The position numbers were made by a program, and so were the translations under genes. Under the pieces are notes generated by a model. The model did no database searches. It was not told the origin of the DNA and was given only the letters and a program-made list of their open reading frames with translations. This document shows, one piece after another, positions 1-11,583 of a stretch of DNA of 64,000 nucleotides (position 1 is the stretch's first letter; each line of letters starts with the position of its first letter). The stretch comes from Cycas panzhihuaensis (taxonomy: Eukaryota; Plantae; Cycadophyta), in the NCBI GenBank assembly GCA_023213395.1, contig CM041465.1, positions 250,115,741 to 250,179,740 on the forward strand. The letters are read 5' to 3'.

Positions 1-884
1 TATGATTCATTAAGAATTGACAAGAGTTAGGTGCATTGGAAATTTCACTTCAGAATGCCATTCCTACCTATACAACCAACTTGCAATAATTAGGGCCATA
101 TAACTATATAAAGGGAATATGGCTTCACTTTGATTAACTAACTTCTGGATTTTGTTAATGATGGAATTTTCAACTAAGGTTTCTTTTGATTATCCTAAGC
201 GATTTTCCAACCATGTGGTAGTAACTAGTTGAGCCTTGTAATAGAGCCATACAATATACATTATAGTTGGTATTTTCGGCGTTTTTTCTTTCTTGTTTGT
301 TTTTTCATTATTTGGTATTTTCAAACTCTAGCTCTTCCATTATTTCATGTACTTTACTTCCATGTTTTGTTGTGATTATGCATGTATTTATGATCTAAAT
401 TTATGGACAAGAAGCTAGTATTATAGTTGAATGCTGTACAAAATTAGGGTTTATTGTCCTATTAAAATTGTATGCATTTATAGCAGAATGGATATGCACA
501 TGATTGGATGATCGGCATGGTCATGTATGGCAATTGCACGAAAAAGAATGTGTGCATAAAAAAATAATTGGTTTGCATAAGGATCATTACCAATCCCATG
601 GTGAGTATTACTATCATGCTTGTGATTGTAGGGACAAAACTCATGGTTGCGTACATCATGTTGCATGAGATGAGTCCAACCCTAGAATTTTGTTGCTTGT
701 ATCTTGACATTTATTTTCATGTTACATGAATTGTGACTAGTTATATAGCTTGTATATGTTTTGTTGTGGATATAAAATGGTCATATTATGAATATGTATA
801 AATTGCATGAATAGTTAACCTTTGATTATGTTGTTTTATAATCTAAAAGTGAAAAGGGGTAGGACGATGTAATGGAGCAATGAC

Positions 885-1190
885 TATGATGTGCATGATT
901 TCTTATTGGATGTAGAAGGATGTTAATTTGCATCTTCTTAGAGATATGATCCTATTGGAGGTAGAGGGATGTTCACTTGCATCCTCCCATGACATCATAT
1001 AATTCCTACAGAGGGATGTTTGCTTGCATCCTATTTTGATATGATTTCTTATTGGAGGTAGAGGGATGTTGGCTTGCATCCTTATGATTTTTTGTTAAGA
1101 GGTAGAGATATGCTAGCTTATGTTCTTATATGAGATGATTTCTTACTAGATGCAAAAGGATTGTTAGATTGCATCCTCGTGAGATTAATG
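885..1190 (+). repeat. Degenerate tandem array, unit about 40-45 bp (consensus like GATATGATTTCTTATTGGAGGTAGAGGGATGTTGGCTTGCATCCT), probably within an old LTR-element remnant
   Basis: About 6-7 recurrences of the ggtagagggatgtt..cttgcatcc core between 885 and 1190. Confidence 0.75.
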
Positions 1191-1429
1191 TTAAAGGTAG
1201 ATTGATTATGGAGTCATGTTGTTCAACTCAATTAGTTGGTTGGTCTCGGTACATTCATTGGATAGGTATTGAGAGGATACTACTTTTTTAGTTCCTTCTC
1301 AAATGGATCTATAGTGATCGATACTTGGTAAGCTCCTAGAACAACTAGTTCCATATCCTAATATATCCCATATGATAATGGTAAAATATTCTACCATTGT
1401 ACCATATAGATGAGAATGCTATGCATACA

Positions 1430-2040
1430 TGAATTGCTTATGTTAGTATATGCATAATTTGTGTGATGCTAATGTGTGCATGAATTTTGCTTGTATGGGA
1501 AAGCTTGCTCATATATAGGTATTATCCATTTAACCATTTGTTCCAGGTGCACTATTATGATGAAAAGACTATGACAACAAGAATATATGCATAGATTTTA
1601 GGCAAATTAAAGATGTAAGTTTGATCCCAGCATGAGCTAGATGCAGATTATAACCCAATAGGTTGGGGTTTGTTATAAATGGAAGGACTAACAACAGATC
1701 GCACATCATGAAAGGTAACTTCTACAAGTTAGTAGTTGGAAGTTCTTGATGCCATTACTATTTTTTATGGGAAAGTGGGGCAATTTGTTAACAAAACCTA
1801 ACCTACTACATTAAAATTTGCATCTAGATCATCCTTGGATCACTCTTGTGTCTTTGATTTGTTTACAGTCTATGCATATATTCTTACAGTCATAGTCTTT
1901 TCATCACCACAATGCACTTGCAACAAATGATTAGATAATATGTATATCAAAAGCAAGCTATTCCATACAGGCACAACTTATGCATATATTAGCATTGCAC
2001 AACTCTTGCATATACTGATATTACACAACCTATGCTTATA
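1430..2040. repeat. Imperfect inverted repeat (arms about 1430-1677 and 1786-2040), likely two opposed LTR-end remnants
   Basis: gatgaaaagactatgacaacaagaatatatgcataga (~1559) matches the reverse complement of tctatgcatatattcttacagtcatagtctttttcatc (~1869); ctagatgca (~1637) pairs with tgcatctag (~1819). Confidence 0.75.
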
Positions 2041-2253
2041 TTGACATATGTAATTGCCCCACTTTCCCCTAAAAAATAGGAAGGGTATAAAGAACTTCCA
2101 ACTGTTGACTTGATGAAGTTATGAGCCCTGTATGTCAACAAAATACATTAGAAATTCTTTATGCCCTTACTATTTTTCATGGTAACTTCTACAAGTCAGT
2201 AGTTAGAAGTTCTTTATTCACTTACTATTTTTTTAGGGGAGAGGGGCAAGTTG
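1714..2253. repeat. About 70-bp unit in three copies (+ 1714-1785, - 2051-2121, + 2181-2253)
   Basis: ggtaacttctacaagt.agtagtt.gaagttct...actattttt...ggg.aagtggggcaa.t is seen twice directly and once as reverse complement. Confidence 0.75.
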
Positions 2254-2739
2254 TTATAAACTTTTATCCAATGTCTTTTATTGGCATAAAGGGCTTCTCA
2301 CAAGAGAGGTACAAAAGATGCATAAACTTGTGGTAAGCCTTAAGATGTTTTGTTCATAGAATGAATCACAAAACAATGAAAATGTAGAGGAAAACTAATC
2401 CCTTCAAGTAGCTATGATGTCATGTGCAATCTAAATGACAAGCCCTTTATTGGAACTCTTCATAAGGATAGTGTCTTTTCATCATTATTTTTTTAAAAGG
2501 GAAAGTACAGGTGCATAAATGTCAAATACATTAGTTTTTTGGATGTAGATGAGATCGAGAAATGCTTATTGACTAGTGTTTGCTAACCCCTTGTACCCCT
2601 CAATATTTGGTAGCATGTTCTCATTTTACATTTCTTCCAAGTGAAGATGAAATTGCCCCTACCTTATATTTTGGATTAAACTTGGAATAACTAGCACTTC
2701 CAAATAGCCAAGAGGGAAATGTTAAGTTTGTACAGTTCA

Positions 2740-2858
2740 TGTAGAGATTACCATTTGGGGAGGTTCATTTAATATGTAAGAACTATTTAGCAATAATTGG
2801 ACAAGTAGGTAATGTCAATGCGAACAATGGAACTTTATGTAAAGCTGGATCTAAACAT
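2740..2858 (+). pseudogene. rpl2: Plastid rpl2 fragment (NUPT), part upstream of the Gypsy insertion
   Basis: Translates [37 protein letters not shown], matching plastid L2 (LPSGEVRLISKNC.AT.GQVGNV....LG.AGSK); continues at 19603 with RWLGKRP. Confidence 0.88.
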
Positions 2859-3348
2859 TATGGGAATACCAATAGGGATTCACACCAAATTAACCAAAAA
2901 ACACATAGATCTATGCTATTTTTCTAGAACAAGTCCAGATATACCATGTAATATTATGACAATTTTGAGTGAAATATAACAGAACTCAAGCATTCATTGA
3001 ATATATTGATCACAAAATAATAATGGCAGTTTAATATTACTCACCAAAATGTCCAAAACTTACAATCACAATGCGTCCCATCTTTGAGGCAAGGTGTCCC
3101 CCCAGAACAAATCCCACTAGGGTTGAAAATATTAGACTAGAGTATCTTCCCTTTGATGATTTTCAATTTTGGGCAGGATTCCCTATATATAGGTGAAATG
3201 AAAGTTTAAAGTTAGAAGTTAGTTTTAATAAATGAAGTCATCCATAATTAAGAGAAAGAGAAAATTGACCAGATTTAAGAAAGAAGAAAAAATGAAAGGT
3301 AGAATATTAAGAGCAGAGGTCGGGTTAGCCATTGGAGGAACTGGAACA
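2859..3348 (-). repeat. 3' LTR of G1
   Basis: Direct repeat of 19116-19600; adjacent to the reverse-complement PPT agtcccctctt. Confidence 0.85.
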
Positions 3349-3379
3349 AGTCCCCTCTTGGAAAAGATGCTTTGCCCTC

Positions 3380-3530
3380 AAAGCATGGGAAGGTGAGAAT
3401 GTTGCTAGTACCATGCTTTTGATTCCCAGGTAGTGCCTTCTTTATCAGGGTCTTTCCACTTGATTAAATACTAGCGAATCTCCTTAGAGTGAAGTTGCTT
3501 GGTTCAAATCTAGAGGATCCCCTTAGGTTC
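3380..3530 (-). pseudogene. Chromodomain at the integrase C-terminus of G1
   Basis: Minus strand reads IR*YLIKWKDPDKEGTTWESK, the chromodomain YLVKW....TWE signature. Confidence 0.8.
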
Positions 3531-4702
3531 TATGGTCAACTTTCTTCTCCATCCCATGCTGGAAGTTTGGTCTTGGTTATTCTGGTTTGCGCCACCTTCG
3601 TTTTGGGACAAGAGACATAGAATACATTGTGCACTTTGCTACTTAGCAGTAGATTGAGTTGGTAGGCTACTTCTTCTGCTTTGTCTAGTATGCAATATGG
3701 TTTGTAAAACCACGGTTGCAATTTGAGTCTCTTTGTCTACTTTAGGGTAGATTGTATGTATGGTTGAAGCCTCAAGAATACCTAATTTCCTTTTGCAAAT
3801 GATCTTTTTAACTTATGTAAATCAACTTGTTGCTTTAGGTGGTTCCTTATTAAATTGATATAGTCTTTCAAAATTTGTAATGTTTAAGCCATTTGTTGCT
3901 ATTGGTCATGTACTATAGCTATGTGGGAGCTATTTTCTCATGTGAGGAGGGATGGGGGCTCCTAATCATATAGTGCTTGAAAGGGTGTCATCTTTGTTAA
4001 AGTGTGATAGGTGGTTTTGTACCACCATTCAACTAGATGTAATCGTTTATGCTAGTGTTGTTGCTTGTCACATGAGAAATTTTGAAGATAGCCTTCCAAA
4101 CATTTATTAATTGCTTTTGTCTGACCATTTGTCTGTGGATGATAAGTTGTGCTCCTTGTGAGGATAACACCTACCTGTCGAAACATCTCTTGTCGAAAGT
4201 TGCTTATGAAAGTCATGATCACTCACTATTGTTAGACTTTAACATGGAAAACAATTATCATCCACAATAACAATATCAAAGACCAAAGACGAACTCAACA
4301 TAATTAGAATACCAAAGCACCCAAGACTCAACATGAGCCTTGATGATTACATCATGACATATACTACCTCGACCACCTTTATATACAAAATAGGTGGGAG
4401 GACCTACAAGGCAAGTAATACATGTGGGACAATACCTTTATCCTGACCAATGACATTACACCAACTAATTTGACCAATAAGCTTCTATCCTCTCATACAA
4501 TATTATAATGATAAATGACTCTTAGACTCTAAGACTTAGGACTATGACTATTAACCTAAGATACACAACATTAAACATTATACTCTAACACCTCCCCTTA
4601 ATGTTTAATGTCAAGACTACAAAAGTGACTGAATACTAAAGACTAACATGACACTTGATAATGGACTTAGGACATTAAACATGACCTCCAAGGGACTTTA
4701 AT

Positions 4703-6385
4703 TTAATCAACATGTACTTTGCTTTCTTTGAATTTACAATGTCTTGTTCTTGGAAAGGTCTTGAACACAATGCCTTGGACTTGATTCTGGTCTTCAATCC
4801 TGTAATGTCGCCTCTGGAGCAGTCCCTTAGAGTGACGGTTCTTGAACTTTGTCCTTTTTGTCTTCACGTGCAATTGGGAACCCTTTATCACACAAAATGT
4901 GTAGTAGATCAAGCTTGAGCTAATTTGTGCTTGGTGAGGACCTGTTAGGTGTTTTTGCATGTACTTATCAAAGGTGTCTTCAAGATGTATATCAAATATG
5001 TCTTCCATTAAAATTCTGGTTTCCACCTGTTTGCTTATACTTTTTGTATTCGGTTCAACATGCTTATCCGCTTCAACTTGGTCACTTGAAGTAGCAGAAT
5101 TTCCTTCATCATCTTGCTTACCTGTGTTAACAACAGAATTGTTTTCCCTTTCAAGACTCTCTTCCACTTGTGCAGGTACTTGTTCTGAATCAATAAGATA
5201 CTTTGTTTTATCTTCATTACTCAAGAGATCCTTTGTCATACCAAATATGATAAGGATTTCTGTTGGGATCATATGTATGTACCTCCCAACATAAGAATAG
5301 TGTAGTATCTTAACATGATTGCCTCTCTTGACCAAGTATCCTGCCCATACCATACAATAATCTTGGTAGGCAAGACTTTGATCAAATGATACTCCAACTA
5401 TGTTCTTCCTTCTTTTGAATGAGTCTTCTAAAACCAATGTAGGATATATTAACACAGTTTGAATTCTTTCAAGGATAAGTGCAGAAAAAGCTACCATGTT
5501 AAATGTTGTCATATAAAGTCTTGTGCATATGTATACAACAATGTAACCTGAGAATGTTTGGAACCTGGCAACAAATTTATCAACATAGAATAAAGTGATA
5601 TAATCCACACTTTCCACCAAGTCAGTTGAATTTCCATATTGAACCACCTATAATAGATCAGTTTCTGAATTTTCAACGTTCATCCTTTCACTCTTTCTTG
5701 TTAGCGTGCTGAAACTCAAGATGTTTGATGCGATAATTCTCTTATCAACCTTTGGTTCTTTATTTTCATCTTCTTCCTCAGATCCTAAGCAACAATCTAA
5801 GGTTAAATCTCCAATAAGTTCATTTGCAGAGATTGCTTTGTCACAACAATTGTATTCATTTATTTTTTCATCAACAGAGAACCTATTTTCAGAAACAAGT
5901 TCACATACTTTTTCACCTTCCTTATCATCAAATGAATCTATAAGAGATTTACTCTTACAAAAACTGACCTTCTTACATTTATCCTTTTTGATTTTCTTCT
6001 TCAATTTCTTTTTTTGATTTTTTGTCAGGTTACTGTGCACAACCTACACTTCTGCATTTTTGTTGCCTTTACCTTTATTCATTGGTTGTTGGTTTGTCAG
6101 CTTGGAATCAAATTTCTCTTTTATGAAGTTCCATGTTTTGTGTGCCCTACATGTAGTATTTTGGGTGAGCTAAAAAATATCACTGAATTTTATGCAGCCT
6201 CCTTGTGTGGACATGACAGAAATCCATTGAAATGCAGATGTGTCCTTTTGTTCCAACACTGGTGAAGCATCATTGTATCCTACTAAAACAATCTCCCATA
6301 AGCCAAGGGAGATGAGCCAGGACTTCATGTTTTCTGACCATTCTAAATAGTTGTCTTCTGTCAATAGAAGATGTGTATGACCCAT
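4703..6385 (-). pseudogene. Shrunken, highly diverged Copia gag-pol relic (gag N-terminus, integrase-like and RNase H-tail-like segments)
   Basis: LTEDNYLEWSENMKSWLISLGLWEIV is a Copia gag N-terminus. ORFs 6040-5648 and 5647-4703 are in the same frame, separated by one TAG. LIYPT..SFKRRKNI..WAGYLVKRG..LIIFG resembles integrase PYTPQQNG.AERKNR..WAEA...YL.NR..LRVFG. The C-terminus LHVKTK..EDQ..FKTFPRTRH resembles the RNase H end. Confidence 0.65.
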
Positions 6386-7176
6386 TTTGATAACTTTACA
6401 ACCAAACTGCTTATTGTGAACTTGAAATCAGAAACTCAGGAGTCAAAAAGATATCAATAAATACGGTATTGAACCCTTAGACAGATTACGGAATAGATGT
6501 TTGAATGCAGAGATACAAAATAGAACGTATAGAACCTTCTTTTAAACTATTATTAGATCTAGCCTTCAAAACACGACCTTGAACAATAGAATTTATCGTT
6601 GTTGGGGTCTTTTCAATACAAAAGTGTTATCTGTTTTATCAAGTAAACCTTTCTTCGTATAGAAGGCTGAGATTTAGAGGCTAGTATTGTTCGGAAAGGG
6701 CCCGTATCTTCTCCGTGTTTGCTGGAACTCATCTGAGTACTTGTGAGACAAGGTGTTTTTCCAACTGCATCAACCAATTGCTCCTTTGAAAGATTCAAGT
6801 CAGCAAGATTAAAGTGCCTTCAATATTTCAGTTATTTCTATTGTCATTCCATGCAAAAAGGATTACCATACTGACTTATAAAGTTGCAAATGTTAGAAAT
6901 TAAATTATGGTACTTGATTTCCTGGAAGTTCACTACACTATTTGTGGATATCAACCAGTGCCAGACACGGAGAACAAAGACTTTCTTCACAACCCACGTA
7001 GACCAATTAGAGCAGATTTTCCGTTGCAAATAATTTCAGAACATCTAGGTTTCGTCTCCCATGGTACCATGACCAAACTACAAGGCACTCATGAACTGTA
7101 CCATTGACGAAAATTTTGCTTACGGATGACATTCTGCTTACTTTCCAAGGCACTCATAAACTGTGATGATGAATGG

Positions 7177-7398
7177 ATCACAGGATCGAACACAAGTCTC
7201 GCCAAGTCGAGTGCTTGCTTAGATTATCGCGGCATATGGAAGCTCTTAAAACCGCTTTGGAGGATTCTCCTATATAGGGGCTTGTCAACTGGAGATAGAC
7301 CAATCTTGTAATCAATGCCTTCGTCTTCATGAAAAGTCGATGAGAAAGCGTGTCTAGTGCATTATGCGTGCCCTTGCGGAATCATCAACACTATTTAA
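7177..7398 (+). pseudogene. ARPC5: Captured, internally deleted fragment of host Arp2/3 complex subunit 5, antisense to element A1
   Basis: RIEHKSRQVECLLRLSRHMEALKTALEDSP is joined directly to LYRGLSTGDRP..CNQCLRLHEK...CIMRALA..INTI* (with frameshifts), matching plant ARPC5 N- and C-terminal blocks. Confidence 0.88.
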
Positions 7399-7455
7399 CT
7401 TATATTTCTGAAGTGATTATTTCTGTGAAGTCTCCAATAGAAACAATCATCAGAA

Positions 7456-7498
7456 GATGAATGCCTTTGTTTTCATGAGAAGCTAGCAGAAAAACCTG
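7456..7498 (+). pseudogene. ARPC5: Second short ARPC5-like fragment
   Basis: DECLCFHEKLAEK resembles ARPC5 DQCL.IHEKLTEK; nucleotide similarity to 7312-7350. Confidence 0.6.
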
Positions 7499-8261
7499 TG
7501 ACATAAACATAGCGGGTCTACTACTCCAATAAGTGCACAGGACCAAGCCGCCAGGTATACCCAACTTATGGACAATCTATGGCTTCAGCAGTGCTTCATC
7601 GCAGATCTGTTATCATAAATTTCCACAAGAGCATCTTCACAATCAACCGTGCATAGAATAGGCTTAAAGGCGGGTATCACCTCACGATCTCCTTTAACTA
7701 GTACAGAAAAAATGGAGGCAAGCACGACAACTGTTTTAATAGAAATGAACAGATTGCACGGATCTCAACAATGAAGTTCCAATAGGTAAGTCTTCAACTT
7801 ATCATGCTCACAATGTCACGAACGGAATACAATTCCTTCTCTTAGGATAACCTTGCTCTGAGCCAACAAACCCTTAATATTCTAACACAATCTCCTAAGG
7901 ACAAGAATGAAGCCTTAACTCTCACGGTTAAGGTAAATTCAACAACCATCAATTAAAAAACTCCATAATCATTTCCTTATAGCAAGATAAGGAACAAGGT
8001 TACCTAGATAGAATTCCTGTTTCATATCAACACTTGGCATGCTTCATATCAACGATGACTTTGAAACTTTTCTTCAATCTGGCACCCACTTGATGGAGCC
8101 ACCTCCTCTCTCAATCTTCTTCTTACAACAGGATGTCCTGGAACTTCACTTTCTCAATTTAACTCTTCAATCTGACAGCCAATCTAACGGAGTTGCCTTC
8201 CTCCTTTATCAAAGAGAACCTGCACAACAATAGCCTTAACAAACAACCTACTCTGATACCA

Positions 8262-8619
8262 TGTTAGACTTTAACATGGAAAACAATTATCATCCACAAT
8301 AACAATATCAAAGACCAAAGACGAACTCAACATAATCAGAATACCAAAGCACCCAAGACTCAACATGAGCCTTGATGATTACATCATGACATATACTACC
8401 TCAACCACCTTTATATACAAAATAGGTGGGAGGACCTACAAGACAAGTAATGCATGTGGGACAATACCTTTATCCTGACCAATGACATTACACTGACTAA
8501 CTTGACCAGTAAGCTTCTATCCTCTCACACAATATTATAATGATAAATGACTCTTGGACTAGACTTAGGACTACGACTATTAACCTAAGATACACAACAT
8601 TAAACATTATACTCTAACG
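8262..8619 (-). repeat. 5' LTR of element A1
   Basis: Direct repeat of 4230-4590, adjacent to the PBS. Confidence 0.93.
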
Positions 8620-11583
8620 ACTATGACCTTGGGAAACCCATGTAGCTTACGGATTTCCTTGATGAATGAGTCAACTATTTGGCTTGCCTTAGCTATTGAT
8701 TATGCACATACTTTTTTAATTGATCTGCTACTACAAAAATTGAGTCTTTTCCTTTGGATTTAGGAAAGCCTGTGATAAAGTCCATCAATATTTCTTCCTA
8801 TTTCTGATATGGAATATGTAATGGTCGAGGTAGCCTTGGAATCTTGACATTTTCGCTTTTGTGTCCTTGGAAAATATCACATTTCGATACGAATTTGTAG
8901 ACATCCATTTTTAACCCTTTCCGATAAAATGTACGGTGAATCTAGTGATATGTTTTGTTGATGCCCAAATGTTTTGACAAGGGTTTAGCGTGGGCCTCTT
9001 GGAGGAACTTGTCCTTGATTGTGGACATTTGAGGGATAAAGATCTTTGCTCGATGTAAAATTAGATCGTTCCACAACTTGTACTCTTTTTGTGTTTCTGT
9101 TGGATTTTTTGGAGTATCAATTGTGATGTTGGATCTTCCTTGTATTCTTGTACCAACTTGTGTCCAACTGGGTTTGACCACTGAGATAGCCTAGAGCATT
9201 GATTGTTATAGAATCCTTGAAAGTGCATTTGCAATGACATTTCCTTTCCCTTCTTGTAGATGATGTCAAAATTGAAGGATTGTAACTTGCTCACCTATTT
9301 TTGTTGTTCATTTGATAGGGACTTTTGATTGAGAAAATACTTGAGATTGGCATGGTCAGTTTTCACCAAGAATTTGCTCCCTAATAAATATTGTTGCCAT
9401 TAGTGGGCGTGGATAATTGCAAACATTTCCTTGTCATAAATATTTTTCAAGCATTCCCTCATGCTTAATTTCTAACTTTCATATGCTATGGATTGATTGT
9501 TCTAAAGAAGAACTGCTTCTAATCCCACTTCAGAAGCATCACACTCCAAAACTAATGGTTCACTAAAATTTAGCATGGCCAACACTAGAGTCATGACCAT
9601 GTGTTCTTCAATCCTAGAAAAGCCAGTTGTGTTGGATCGTGCTAAATGAATGCTTCTTTCTTTATGAGGTTCGTCAGTGGTACTGTAATGCTTGCATATC
9701 CTTTGATGAAGTGTCATAGGAATTTGGCTATGCCTAGAAAACTGTTGAAATGCATGATATTGTTTGATGTAGGCCAATTTAAGATGGCTTGGACCTTTTT
9801 GGGGTCCATCTTAACTCCTACCTAGGTGGTGATATGACCCAAGTATTCTAATTTCATTTGTCCAAAAGTGCATTTGGACTCATTTGCGAAGAATTGGTTT
9901 TCTTCCAAAACCCACAATACTTCCTATAGATGTTGTAAGTGGTTGTCCCATGTATGACTATAAATTAGAATGTCATCGAAGAATATTGAGACAAATTTTC
10001 TAATAAATGGCCTAGGTACAATGTTCATAGTACATTGGAAAGTTGCAAGCGTATTAGTCAATTTGAACAACATAACCCAAAACTCAGATAACCCTTCATA
10101 TTTTCGAAACATTGTCTTGTACACATCTTCTTTTTTGATGTGGATTTGATAATATCCATAGTAGAGATTGATCTTAGAGAAGAATTTGGCGCGATGTAAT
10201 TCACCCAACAAATTGTCAATCCTAAGTATCTGATACCTATTTTTGACTGTTATTTTATTCAAAGTGCAGTGGTCGATGCACATTCAATATGATCCATCCT
10301 TTTTCCTGGCCATGATAATTAGAGAGGCAAAAGGACTAGAATTGGGCATGGTGGCTCCTTACTATAACAAATCCTTGGTAATTTGCTCTATTTCATTCTT
10401 GAAATGGTATGGATGTTTGTTAGACCTGATATTTATTGGTGCAACACCTGGCACTAGCCGTATTGCATGTTCATTGTCATGGGATGGAGGTAGGCCTTTT
10501 GGAATGTCTTAAAAGACTTTGTTGGGCCGGTCTATGAGAGCTTGGATTTCAGATGGAATATCTTGTATGGAGATTTTATTGTAGGACATGAAGAAGGCTG
10601 AGGGATTTTTTTTGAGCAGTTTCTACATGTGGTGAGGTGAGACTAGCTATGAAGGTGGTGTGGGTGGTTCTTGTAACTTATATTTATATCCTTTCTGGAA
10701 GAAGCTCATGAATTGTGTTATAATTTGTGACTTATGTTACCAAGATTCTAAAGCCGTGCCTAACACTATGTCAACACTATCGATAAACATGGCAAACATA
10801 CATGTGCTTAATGACTAGTAAGAGATTTGAAGGTGTACCTTATCACAAAATCCTCTGTATGGCATATTGTTCCCATTGGGAATTGCTACTTGGAATTGTT
10901 TAAGTAGCTTGACTTAGAGGCCCAACTTGACTACCGTTGGTTTGTTGATGAAATTATGTGTGCTGCCATTGTCTACTAGCACTGATACCTTGGAATTCTT
11001 GCTGTTCACCTCAAAGCATAGCATTTGAGGCGTATTAACCATTCTTGTGATCGCCTGCAGTGATATTTAAACATTCTCTAGCCCTATGTGATTAACTCTT
11101 CTATTTCCACTTCATACTCCTTTGGTGACTGCATCACTTTTGGTGGCTCCTCTTGTATTGGTATATCCACTTCTTTGTTGTTAATCATAAGGACTTTCTT
11201 TTCTAGACATTTATGATTTTGACTCCATTTTCCATTTAGTCGAAATGTGTTCCCCTTTTTAGATGTTCCGCTTTTGATAACCTGCCTTCCATGGGTCTTC
11301 TTTCCTTCTACTTCCTGAGTGGTGCGTTGGCCTTGGCTCCACGCTAGTACCATTTGGTCTATTGCCTATCCCATATGTCTAGAGCAGACATCTCGACGAA
11401 CAAAATTTTGGCACATTCTTATGAATTCTACTTCTATGTTGTGTGCTTGTCTGATTGTTTCCCTTAGAGATTCTACACCCAGTGTTTTTAGATGGAACTT
11501 GATAGTCCCTTTGAGGCCTTCAATATATGCTTGAAGTAGTAAATTAGGGTTGATTTTAGATGTCAATAAGCTTTGTAGATTTT

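Larger units (their letters stand above)
4230..8619 (-). mobile_element. Non-autonomous Copia-derived LTR element, family A copy 1, inserted in G1 integrase
   Basis: LTRs 4230-4590 and 8262-8619 (about 96-97% identical), perfect 5-bp TSD ACTAT (4225-4229, 8620-8624), PBS actctgatacca 8250-8261, PPT cctcccctta after 4590; no recognisable RT catalytic motif. Confidence 0.93.

Noticed and set aside
6690-6790. Small Tim-like CX3C pattern (LSTCETRCFSNCIN) or cysteine-protease-like LSKEQLVD in the A1 cassette
   Set aside because: Matches are too short to distinguish from chance without a search
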